Source: Deltaproteobacteria bacterium (lineage in GTDB: Bacteria; Myxococcota; Kuafuiibacteriia; Kuafuiibacteriales; Kuafuiibacteriaceae). From it: DNA of 64,000 bases. Shown piece after piece: positions 23,407 through 32,700 of this stretch. The stretch lies in the NCBI GenBank assembly GCA_040218735.1, contig JAVJQW010000046.1, forward strand, positions 256,001-320,000, in the 5' to 3' direction. How positions within the stretch are numbered: the first letter of the stretch is position 1; each line of letters begins with the position of its first letter. The notes under the pieces were generated by a model that was not told the DNA's origin, made no database searches, and saw only the letters and a program-made list of their open reading frames with translations. A program made the position numbers and the translations under genes.

Positions 23407-24194
23407 GGCTTCGCCCCCTTGACGAAGTAGGCATTGGGGACCGTGGAGAACGGGAACTTCTCGATCTTCGGCATGCCGCGCTCGGCGAAGAACTCTTCGA
23501 TCGCCTTGGCTTCGCCCTGCCACGGCGGCATCCCGTAGCCGTTGAACGCGACGACGCCGCCGGGGACGACGAGGGGGTAGAGGTGCTCGAGGCCGACCTT
23601 CGTCGGTTCGTACAGGCCGATGTCGAAGTAGAGGAGGCTGAGGCGCATCCCGAGGTGCTCGTGCGCGAAGGCGGGGACCGTCTCGGCGATGTCGCCGTCG
23701 ATCAGTCGTACGCGCTCGACGCCGGGGAGGAGGTTGTCGTCGTTGTGCAGCTCGACGAGGCCCTGCGCGAGCTCGCGCGGCGACTTCATGCGGCCGAGGA
23801 CCCGCTCGACCCACGGCTCGGCGGCGCCGTCGTCGGATTGGTAGTTGGCGTAGCCGTCGAAGTGATCGAACCCGAAGACCTTGCGGTTGCGGTCGCCGGG
23901 GCAGAACGTCTCGAGCAGGTTGCCCCACGTGAACATCCCGCTGCCGCGGAAGACGCCGAGCTCGGCGACGCACCCGGGGAGGTCGCGGATGAGCTTGAAC
24001 AGCTCGTAGTGGGCGAGGAGGCGCGGCAGCTCGCGACGTCGGAGGAACGCTGGGTAGTCCTTCACCACGTCGCGGACGCCGAGGCCGGCGTCGGCGACGA
24101 GGGATTCGAGGCGGTCCCAGTGCTGGCGCTCGGCGTCGTCGTAGCGGGTGCGCGTCGCGCCGCCCACGCGGTCATCGATCTTCGACGGCTCCAT
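23403..24194 (-). CDS. TylF/MycF/NovP family sugar O-methyltransferase
   Basis: PGCVAELGVFRG, FGFDHFDG, LLYFDIGLYEPT, VVPGGVV; start may be at 24194 or 24215. Confidence 0.85.
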   Translation of the reverse strand: MEPSKIDDRVGGATRTRYDDAERQHWDRLESLVADAGLGVRDVVKDYPAFLRRRELPRLLAHYELFKLIRDLPGCVAELGVFRGSGMFTWGNLLETFCPGDRNRKVFGFDHFDGYANYQSDDGAAEPWVERVLGRMKSPRELAQGLVELHNDDNLLPGVERVRLIDGDIAETVPAFAHEHLGMRLSLLYFDIGLYEPTKVGLEHLYPLVVPGGVVAFNGYGMPPWQGEAKAIEEFFAERGMPKIEKFPFSTVPNAYFVKGAKP

Positions 24195-24254
24195 CTGACT
24201 GGATCGAATCGGCACATCGGCGCGGAGGATGACCGAAAAACGTCTCGCGATGGG

Positions 24255-25190
24255 TCACGCGGCGCGACGGTAGGCCGGGAAGTAGCCGGGCGCTCCCGGG
24301 TCAACGTTCGCGGCGGCGCACAGGTCGGCGTAGGCGGCGGCGTCGAAGACGGTGCGAACCGCGCGCACGGGGGTGGGCGTCGCGCCGAAGCGGCGCTTGA
24401 ACTCGGCGACGCCGTCGTGGGGTCGGATGCCGCCGCCGAGGTTGACGACGGTGTGGCCGCGCTCGCGCAGGCGAAGGAACCCGGCGTAGAGCAGCGGCTC
24501 CGCGAGCGCGACGGCGTCGGCCGTGCGGGCCAGGAGCATGTACTCCGCGCAGGTCCCCGCGCCGAACATCGCGACCGCGTCGACCCCACCCGACGCGCCG
24601 CGCGCGCCGACGAGCAGGACTTCGGGGTGGCGGCACCACGCGAGGAGGCGCTCGTGCGAGAAGTGATAGACCGCGGCAGCGCCGACGCGTTCGGCGTGCG
24701 CGGGGTACAGGTCGAGGAAGCGGGAGGTGTTCTCGTCGCGGTCGTCGACGATCGCCGTACGGTCCTTCCTCAGCTTCGCGCGGCGTCGCGACGACATGCG
24801 CGCGAGGAGGTCACCCTCCAGCGACAGGACGTAGGATTCGGTGAGGGGCGTGCTCGGGAGGTCGACGCCGAGCACCGGGTGCAGCATCGCGTAGCCGGCG
24901 ACCCAGCCTTCGGTTCGGCCGCGCTCGAGCCACGCTTCGTAGAGGCCGTCGAGCTCGCCGACGCCGGTGAATCCCGAGAACCCGTAGGGGGTGTAGACGT
25001 CCCGGGCTGCGCCGCGGGCGCGGGTCACGAGCGGGCACACGGCGCGACCGCGGGGGCCTTCGGCGACGAAGAGGAACGCGTCGTCGCGCTGGTAGCGGGC
25101 GGTGTGGGCGATCGCATGGGGGAGGCCGTCGAGGGCGCGGTCCCAAGCGGCGGCGTCGGCCCGGGGGACGAGTCGCGTCGAAAAGCCCAT
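24255..25190 (-). CDS. GNAT/FemAB-like acyl- or aminoacyltransferase
   Basis: DVYTPYGFSG, VNLGGG...DGVAEFKRRFG, YFPAYR; start reassigned to ATG 25190. Confidence 0.78.
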   Translation of the reverse strand: MGFSTRLVPRADAAAWDRALDGLPHAIAHTARYQRDDAFLFVAEGPRGRAVCPLVTRARGAARDVYTPYGFSGFTGVGELDGLYEAWLERGRTEGWVAGYAMLHPVLGVDLPSTPLTESYVLSLEGDLLARMSSRRRAKLRKDRTAIVDDRDENTSRFLDLYPAHAERVGAAAVYHFSHERLLAWCRHPEVLLVGARGASGGVDAVAMFGAGTCAEYMLLARTADAVALAEPLLYAGFLRLRERGHTVVNLGGGIRPHDGVAEFKRRFGATPTPVRAVRTVFDAAAYADLCAAANVDPGAPGYFPAYRRAA

Positions 25191-25198
25191 GGCGCTCC

Positions 25199-25275
25199 GT
25201 TCGGCCGAAACGTGCCTCGTCTTGAGGCGATTCGGCGGTGATCGAGTGCTCGATTTCGAGACAGATCGGCCGAAT
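25199..25275. promoter_or_regulatory. Second pair of divergent sigma-28-like promoters (GNAT - / oxidoreductase +)
   Basis: Minus strand CTCAAG-N15-GCCGAAC (25226..25199); plus strand CTCGAT-N14-GCCGAAT (25249..25275). Confidence 0.55.
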
Positions 25276-25284
25276 GGGGAGGTG

Positions 25285-26574
25285 ATGGAGTCGATCACGA
25301 TCGTCGGGGGGAGCATCGGGTGCCTGGTCGCGGCGTCGGAGGCGGCGCGCGCAGGACGACACGTTCGGCTGGTCGCGCCGCGGCGTGGGCTGGGCAGCGG
25401 CTTCTCTTCGGTCGACGCCGGCGGACGACGCGTCGATCTGGGGGCGCGGCTGATCGAGGTCGCCGACGAGGTCCCGCCGCCGCTCGACGGCAAGTGGCTG
25501 CCCGGTCGCGCGCGCGAGCTGTCGGGGCACGTGATGGTCTACGTCGAAGCGCTGCTCGGCGCGCCGCTCGCCGCGCTGCCACAGGCGAAGCTCGCGGTGA
25601 ACGGTCACGTCGCGGACGACTTCCTCGCGACGCTGGACCTGTCGTCGCTCCCGGACCTCCTCGACGCCGAGGAGATTTCGCTCATGCGTCGCCAGGCCGA
25701 GGACCTGGAGTGGACGCCCGAGGGCACCATCGCGGGCGCCTCGCTGGCCTGTCACGGCGAGGCGTTCCACCGGCGCTTCGTCGCGTCGCGCGCGGAGAAG
25801 CTCCTACCTGCGCGGTGGCGTCACGTGGGCGCGGATGTTCGTCATCGGCTGTGGGCGCCGCTGTTCCACCCGACGACGCTGCGTGCCGGCCTCGAAGGTC
25901 GAATCGAGCGCGGGCGTGCGCCGGTGCAGTACTTCGCGCCGGCCTCGGGGGTGTTCGGTGACGTGGTGGACGCGCTGCTCGCGCGGGTCGAATCGTCGGT
26001 CGAGCTCGTGCTCTACGATCACCTCTACGCGCTGCGCGCGGGGGCGTTGGAGGTCGACAGCCGCGTCGTCCCCATCGCCGGTGAGCTGGTGCTCGGCGTG
26101 TCGTTCTCGGAGCTCGCGCGGCTCGCCGGACACGCGGAGGACGTCGAGCCGATGACGCTGGATCTCGCGTGGATCGAAGTCGCCGCGGACGAGGTCCTCG
26201 TCGACGCCGCCTACGTCAACGTCATGGACGCCGCGAACCCGGCGTACCGGATCAGCTTTGGCGGCGCGGTGCCCGAGGGGCGCCGTGTGGTCTGCGTCGA
26301 GCTCGCCGCGGGCACTGCGGATCGCGCGCTCGCGGCCGCGGTGGACGCGGGTGTCGTGCGCCGCGGTGCGGACGCGGTCGTGCTGCGGACGATGGAGCAC
26401 GTGCACGTCTCGGCGCCCACGGACAAGAACCGCTGGCTCGTCACGCGCGCCAAGGCGGCGCTCCCGCCGGCGCGGTACATCGGCTCGGTGCGCGACCTGC
26501 GCGCGGATACCTTCGCCGAGCACGTGCTCCAGGGGCTCGCGCTCGGCGCGGATGCGGTGCGGCGCGCCGCGTGA
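25285..26574 (+). CDS. FAD/NAD(P)-binding oxidoreductase-like protein
   Basis: N-terminal ITIVGGSIGCLVAA Rossmann-like motif, DLGARL; GGGGAGG RBS before ATG 25285. Confidence 0.65.
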   Translation: MESITIVGGSIGCLVAASEAARAGRHVRLVAPRRGLGSGFSSVDAGGRRVDLGARLIEVADEVPPPLDGKWLPGRARELSGHVMVYVEALLGAPLAALPQAKLAVNGHVADDFLATLDLSSLPDLLDAEEISLMRRQAEDLEWTPEGTIAGASLACHGEAFHRRFVASRAEKLLPARWRHVGADVRHRLWAPLFHPTTLRAGLEGRIERGRAPVQYFAPASGVFGDVVDALLARVESSVELVLYDHLYALRAGALEVDSRVVPIAGELVLGVSFSELARLAGHAEDVEPMTLDLAWIEVAADEVLVDAAYVNVMDAANPAYRISFGGAVPEGRRVVCVELAAGTADRALAAAVDAGVVRRGADAVVLRTMEHVHVSAPTDKNRWLVTRAKAALPPARYIGSVRDLRADTFAEHVLQGLALGADAVRRAA

Positions 26575-26591
26575 AGTAGAATCGGCGCCGC

Positions 26592-27308
26592 ATGTGCGGC
26601 CGGTTCACCCAGACCAAGGACAAGGACGAGATCGCCGAGCTGTTCGGCCTACCTCCGCTCCCGGAGTACGAGCCGCGCGCCTGGTCGCCGACGGAGGCGC
26701 CCGCGCGCTTCAACATCGCGCCGACGCAGGACGTGTTGGTCATCCGCACCGCGACCTCCGGGCGAACGGGGGAGTGGATGCGGTGGGGCCTCGTCCCGCC
26801 GAGCGCGAAAGACCTCAAGGGCGGCGCGCGGATGATCAACGCGCGCTCCGAGACGATCTTCGACAAACCCGTCTTCAAGACTGCGGCGAAGTACCGGCGC
26901 TGCCTGATCCCCACCGACGGGTTCTTCGAGTGGCGCCGCGAGGGGAAGACGAAGCAGCCGTTCTACATTCAAACGAACGGCGAGACGTTTGCGATGGCGG
27001 GGCTCTACGAACGCTGGAAGGCGCCGTCCGGAGACACCGTGAAGACCGTGACGATCCTGACCTGCGCGCCGAACGCGCTCGTCGAGACGCTCCACGATCG
27101 GATGCCGGTGATCCTCCCCAAAGAGACCTGGAGCCAATGGCTCGATCCCGAAGTGCAGGATCGCGGCGCGCTCGAACCGCTGCTCTGCGCGTTCGACGGT
27201 GACGCGATGAAGATGACCGCGGTGCAGACCGAGGTGAACAGCGTGAAGAACGACACCGAGGCTTGCGTGACGCCGCTCGTCGCGAAGCAGACGGGCTTCG
27301 GTTTCTGA
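26592..27308 (+). CDS. SOS response-associated peptidase (SRAP/HMCES/YedK family)
   Basis: MCGRF N-terminus, FNIAPTQ, WGLVP, INARSET, GFFEW, HDRMPVIL. Confidence 0.95.
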   Translation: MCGRFTQTKDKDEIAELFGLPPLPEYEPRAWSPTEAPARFNIAPTQDVLVIRTATSGRTGEWMRWGLVPPSAKDLKGGARMINARSETIFDKPVFKTAAKYRRCLIPTDGFFEWRREGKTKQPFYIQTNGETFAMAGLYERWKAPSGDTVKTVTILTCAPNALVETLHDRMPVILPKETWSQWLDPEVQDRGALEPLLCAFDGDAMKMTAVQTEVNSVKNDTEACVTPLVAKQTGFGF

Positions 27309-27378
27309 TCTCGCGTCACGCGTTTGTCACCGACGCGTCCTTTGCTTCGGCACGGCAAAAGTCCGACGGTGCTGCGCG

Positions 27379-28191
27379 ATGCGGCGCGCGACGTGGCTCT
27401 CGCTGGTGTGGTGCGTCGCGTGCAGCCCCGCCAACCCCGCGCCCGGCGACGGGACCGATCCCATCGAAACCGTGCGGCTGTGCACCTCGCACGCGGACTG
27501 CGCCGGCGATGCGCGCTGTGAGAACGGGCTGTGCACGACCGAGCCGCCACGCGACGCCGGCACGCTCGTGATCGCCAGGGACGCCGGTCGCCCCGACGCA
27601 GGACACGTCGACGCGGGCGTCCGCGACGCCGGATTCCGGGACGCCGGAGCGCCAGACGCTGGCTTCCGCGACGCGGGCACCCCGGACTCGGGCGTCGTTC
27701 ACCCGCCGATCGACATCTCGGGCTGGCGCGTCGAAAACCGCGAGCACGACCCCGTCATCCAGGCGTTCGTCGTGCCCAACGGCACGCAGCTCGCCCCCGG
27801 CCAGCATCTGTTGCTCGTACGCGCCGTCGACCGGCTCACGTTCGAGAACGACGTCGGCCTCGACCTCGGCGTGCACCACTTCATCCGCACCGACGCGCAG
27901 TCGAACGGCGTCCCGATCGTCAACGGCGGCGAGTCCTGGGCCCTCGTCGACGCCAGCGGCACCACCGTCGATGGCCCCACGATCCCCGGCGTCGTGGCGG
28001 CCTCCTATCGACGCAAGGACCCCGGCGACGCACAAGACCTGGATCACTGGGTCGTCGCGGGCGAGCTCGACGACGTCCCCGGCTCCACGCTCATGACCTC
28101 CAGCCAGGGCGTTCGCATCTGCCAGTGGTCGGACGACAGCAGCACCGGCCGCTACGTCTTCGAGTACGTCGAGCTCTGCTACGCGCCCTGA
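27379..28191 (+). CDS. Putative lipoprotein with DAG-repeat linker and lamin-tail-like domain
   Basis: Lipobox CVAC, small Cys domain, (R/P)DAG repeats, DISGWRVEN motif. Confidence 0.65.
   Translation: MRRATWLSLVWCVACSPANPAPGDGTDPIETVRLCTSHADCAGDARCENGLCTTEPPRDAGTLVIARDAGRPDAGHVDAGVRDAGFRDAGAPDAGFRDAGTPDSGVVHPPIDISGWRVENREHDPVIQAFVVPNGTQLAPGQHLLLVRAVDRLTFENDVGLDLGVHHFIRTDAQSNGVPIVNGGESWALVDASGTTVDGPTIPGVVAASYRRKDPGDAQDLDHWVVAGELDDVPGSTLMTSSQGVRICQWSDDSSTGRYVFEYVELCYAP
27550..27693 (+). repeat. Coding tandem ~15-nt repeats encoding xDAG units
   Basis: RDAGT, RDAGR, PDAGH, VDAGV, RDAGF, RDAGA, PDAGF, RDAGT, PDSG. Confidence 0.7.
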
Positions 28192-28228
28192 GGTCAGACT
28201 CGAGACCATCGCGTCGAAGACCTCTTCG

Positions 28229-29707
28229 ATGCATCTCGATCGCGCGGCGCTCGCGCTCCTCCTGCTCCCCTCGACCGCGTGTGTCGCGGTCCTCGACGAC
28301 ACCGGTGCCTCCGTTTGGAAGGACGGCTCGGGCACCTTCGACGTCGACGTCCGCGTCGACACACTCCTCGCCGACGTCGTCACTGTCCACGTGGAGGTGA
28401 ACGGTGCGCTCTACCCCCTCTCACTCGCGCAGGGATCGTGGTCCGGGACCGCGCCCGTCGACGACTGCGCCGCCGCGCTGTCGGTGCGGTACCGCGTGGA
28501 GTACGACCCGCTCTCCGGCCCCAACGCCGTCGCGTGGACGCCGCCGCAAGGTAGCTTGCACTACCCGGTGCTGGGCGTGAATCCGGGGAGCTGCACGCCG
28601 TACTTCTGGGTGAACGACACCGTCGATGGTTCCGACGCCACCCCGGGGGACGGCATCTGCGCCACCGCGTCCCGCACGCCGAAGTGCACGCTCCGCGCCG
28701 CCATCGAGGAGGCCAACGCGCTCCCGGGGCTCCAGCACGTCGGCTTCTTCGCGAACCAGACGATCAACAGCCCCATCACCATCTCGGACGACCTCTTCCT
28801 GAACGGCAACGGCCGGCGCGTGCAGGTGACCTCCGGTCGCTTCTTCGACGTCGTCGGCGCAGGCACCGACGTCACCCTCGAACGCGTCCACCTCGACGGC
28901 GGTAACTCGGGGACGTCCCCCGGCGGACAGATCAAGAACGCCGGTCGCCTCCGGATCCTCGATTCGTACCTCGAGAACGGTCACTGCAGCGGCTACAGCG
29001 GGGCGGGCGGGAGCATCCACAACCTCGGCTTCCTGCAGATCGAGGACTCGGAGCTCGCCTACCACTCCAGCGGGCGCCGCGGCGGAGCGCTCTTCAACGA
29101 AGGCGACGCGCGCATCTACCGCTCGTCCCTGCACCACAACGAAACCGCCGCCCAACACGGCGGCGCGATCGAGCAAGACGGCGGCGAGCTCTGGATCGAG
29201 AGCACGACGCTCGCCGAGAACGTCGCCGCCGCGAAGGGCGGGGCGATCAACGTCGAGAGCGGCACGGTGTTCATGCGCAACGCGACCGTCGCCTACAACG
29301 AAGCGGACTGGGCCGGCGGCATCTCCATGCTCCAGCAGCCCGAGACGTTCTACCTGTCGAACTCGATCGTCTCGCTCAATATCTCGACGGACCCGACGAC
29401 GCGCGCGTGCATCGGGTTCATCGAGAGCCTCGGCCACAACGTCATCGAGTCCGTGGACCCGGCGGAGTGCACGATTCACCCGTACCTCGAGCAGCCCGAC
29501 ACGATCGGCACCGCCCTCGCGCCCGCGTTACCGCCGCTCTACCAAGACGTGTTCGATCCGTGGGGTTACTCGCCCGGCGGCATGCTGATCGACGCGGGCG
29601 CACCCGGCGTGAACGAAGCGTCGCCGCCCGACTGCGGTCGCCGCGATCAGAGGGGTACGGAGCGCACCGCGGGTGCGTGTGACATCGGCGCCGTCGAGGC
29701 GCCCTGA
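28229..29707 (+). CDS. CSLREA-domain / choice-of-anchor Q beta-helix secreted protein
   Basis: VNDTVDG...PGDGIC...CTLRAAIEEAN, repeated GGAI motifs, C-terminal DQRG...ACDIGAVE. Confidence 0.8.
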   Translation: MHLDRAALALLLLPSTACVAVLDDTGASVWKDGSGTFDVDVRVDTLLADVVTVHVEVNGALYPLSLAQGSWSGTAPVDDCAAALSVRYRVEYDPLSGPNAVAWTPPQGSLHYPVLGVNPGSCTPYFWVNDTVDGSDATPGDGICATASRTPKCTLRAAIEEANALPGLQHVGFFANQTINSPITISDDLFLNGNGRRVQVTSGRFFDVVGAGTDVTLERVHLDGGNSGTSPGGQIKNAGRLRILDSYLENGHCSGYSGAGGSIHNLGFLQIEDSELAYHSSGRRGGALFNEGDARIYRSSLHHNETAAQHGGAIEQDGGELWIESTTLAENVAAAKGGAINVESGTVFMRNATVAYNEADWAGGISMLQQPETFYLSNSIVSLNISTDPTTRACIGFIESLGHNVIESVDPAECTIHPYLEQPDTIGTALAPALPPLYQDVFDPWGYSPGGMLIDAGAPGVNEASPPDCGRRDQRGTERTAGACDIGAVEAP

Positions 29708-29726
29708 TTTCGGGGAGGGAGCGAAG

Positions 29727-29758
29727 CGCGGGGCGAGCCGTTCGAAGCTCACCCCGCG
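29727..29758. terminator. GC-rich hairpin between convergent genes
   Basis: CGCGGGGCGAGC-N8-GCTCACCCCGCG, 12-bp stem with one mismatch; no clear U-tract. Confidence 0.5.
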
Positions 29759-29767
29759 TTCATCGGG

Positions 29768-32700
29768 TTACTGGCAGGCGACGGTCAGGCCCCAGCTGTT
29801 GAGGGTGCCGGTGTCGCCCGTGAAGGTGTCCTCGATGAAGAGGGTCCACGCGCCATTTCCGTTGTCGCCGAGGAAGTCGCCGAGGTTCCCGGCCGGCGTC
29901 AGCGTCGACGGGTAGTTGCCGATGACGTCGTCCACGCTGTCGAACGCGCTGTCCTTCAGACGCACCGTCGTCCCGCTCGGGCTCGTCAGGTCGATGATCA
30001 GGTCGCCGCGGTACGTGTGCGTGATGTCCACGTCGACCGAGACGTTCTGGACCGTGCACGCTGGCGTCGCGGGGATCGTGATCATGTCCGACACGCCCAG
30101 CGGGTCGACGTCCGGGATGGCCACGTTCGGCGTGCTGCTGCCCGACACCGTCGTGCCGAACATGCAGTTCGCCGGGCAGCTGTCGCCGCCGACCGTGTTG
30201 CCGTCGTCGCAGTTCTCGCCCATCTCGAGGACGCCGTTGCCGCAGATGTCGGTCGCCGCCGCCGTGAGCACGAGGTCGTAGCTCGGGATCGCGGTGTTGA
30301 CGAGCCAGTCCTCGACCGTGACCTGGTACGTGCCAGGCGCGAGCCGCATGAACGCATCCGTCACCGGGGTCATCAGCGAGCACGACCCGACGCCGTCCTG
30401 GTCGTCCGTCCCGATCTCGGTGCCGCCCGAGTCGAGCAGTCGGATGACGGTGTCGATGTTCGGGCACGTCATCGTCGCCGCGTCCTCGAACGTCTCCGCG
30501 TAGAGGTACACGTCGTTGCCGGCCGGAACCGTCACGTCGTAGGTCGCCACCTGCCCGACCGCGAGGCCGCCGGTGTACGTCTGCGTCGCGCCAGGCGTCG
30601 CCACGAAGGCGGGCTGCACCTCGACCTGGCAGGTCGCGTCGCAGCCGTCGCCGGGCGTGGTGTTGCCGTCGTCGCAGGCCTCGTTCGTGCCGTCGATGAA
30701 GCCGTTACCGCAGATGTCCGCGGTGGTGGCGGCGAACACGACGTCGTAGTTCGCGATCGCCGTGTTGAGCAGGTAGTCCTCGACCGTCACGAAGTAGTTC
30801 GTGCCGGCGGTCAGGCGCGCATACGCCACCGTCGGCGCGATCCGCGAGCAGGAGTTCACACCACCCTCGTCGTTGGTGCCGAGCTGCGTGCCCGACGCGT
30901 CGAGCAGGCGCAGGACCGTGTCGATCGTGTCGCACGTGCCCGCCTGCGCGTCCTCGAACGTCTCGACGTACAGGTACACGTCGTTGCCGGCCGGGACCTG
31001 CACCGCGAAGGTGTCGACTTGACCGACCGCGAGCGCATTCGTCGCGAAGGTCTGCGTCGTCCCGCCGGTCGCCACGAACGTGCCCACGGCCTCCAGGTCG
31101 CAGGTCGCGCTGCAGCCGTCGTTCGCCGTGGTGTTGCCGTCGTCGCACTGCTCCGCCGTACCATCGATGATGCCGTTGCCGCAGACGTCCGCCGGGATGC
31201 CCTCGAGCACGAGCTCGAAGTACGCCAGCGCGTTGTTGTCGTCCTCGGTGACCTGCAAGTAGTACGTGCCGACATCGAGCCGCGCCCACGCGTCTACGCC
31301 GGGGCGCGTCGCGGAGCAGCTGTTCACGCCGTCGAAGTCGTCCGAGCCGAGCACCGCGCCGGTCGAGTCGAGCAGGAAGATCTCCGTGTCGATCGAGCAG
31401 CTCTGGGTCGCCGCGTTCGAGAACGTCTCGGCCGCGATGTACGACGGCGCCGTCGCGGTGATCTCGTAGGTGTAGAACTGACCGACCGTCGCGATCGACG
31501 CCGTGAACGTCATCGCCGCGCCCGGCGACGCGTACGTGTTCGTGACCTCGAGCATGCAGAGCGCGTCGCAGCCGTCGCCGGCCACGCTGTTGCCGTCGTC
31601 GCAGATGTCGTTGCCGTCCACGATGCCGTTGCCACACGCGGGAGCGATGACCTGCACGTCGAGGACGTAGATGCCCGTCTGCGTGCTGAAGGGCTCGACC
31701 ACCACGTAGTAGGTGCCGGCGGCGAGGTTCGCCGCGCCCGACGTGGCCGGCGCAGCCGGGTTGATGAGCGAGCAGCGATCGTTCGCGCCGTCCTTGTCGT
31801 CGTTGAACGCCAGCGTCGTCACGCCGTCCGTCGAGGTGAGCGTGAGCGTGGTGTCGAACGGGCAGCCGCCCTGACCGTCGCTCGTCTCCGCGCGGATGCT
31901 GTGGCCGGCGGGCACGGTGATCGCGTACCAGTCCTGGTCCTCGGGCGTGATCTCACCCGTCACGACGTTGCCGCCGACCGGGTAGGGGAACGCGTTCGCG
32001 GCGTCGTCGTTCGGCTCGGTCTTGCCGACCGTCTGCGAGATCGTGACGGTCTGCTCGGCCATGCCGCCGGCGCTCGTCGCGACGAGGCGGAACGTCGTGC
32101 TCGCGCTGACGCTCACCGCGTAGGTGCCCGTCGCGTCGATCGCGGTGGTCGGCGTGCCGACGCCGGGGAAGCTCGAGTCCAGCGCGCCGTCGATGTACAG
32201 CTCGAGCGCGAAGGTGTCCGAGACGTCGAAGCTCACCGTCGCGGTGACCGTGCCCTGGAACGTGCCGGGCGCGACCGTGAAGGCGTTGATCGCGGGCGCC
32301 GCGTGACCGTTGACCACGAGCATCTGCATCGACGTGCCCGTCGTGTTGGTCGCCTCGAGGAGGTACGCGGTGGTGGCCGTGTTGATCGTCTCGGTGAGCA
32401 TGTCGGTGCCCATCGTGCCGGTGTAGATCTCCGTCGCGTTGCGCAGGACACGAACCGAGTCCGCGCCGACGACGTCGAAGCTCACGACCGTCGTCGCGCC
32501 GATGCCCACCGGGTTCGGCGTGGCCGAGAAGTCGAGGATCGCGGGCGACGCCGCGTTGACCGTGACGGTCACCATCGCGGGGACGTCCGGGTTGCTGCCG
32601 TCCGACGCGGTCAGCGTGTACGTCGTGGTGGTTAGCGGGCGGAGGGCGATCATGCCCATGAGGTCCGTGCTCGTGGTGGTCGTCGCGGCGCCGTCGCTGA

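Noticed and set aside
24195-24254. Sixth sigma-28-like promoter upstream of TylF (two GCCGAT boxes)
   Set aside because: No CTCAAG-like element at 14-15 nt spacing
26592-27308. SRAP gene as a marker of a prophage or mobile element at the island edge
   Set aside because: No integrase, transposase, tRNA or att-like repeats visible nearby
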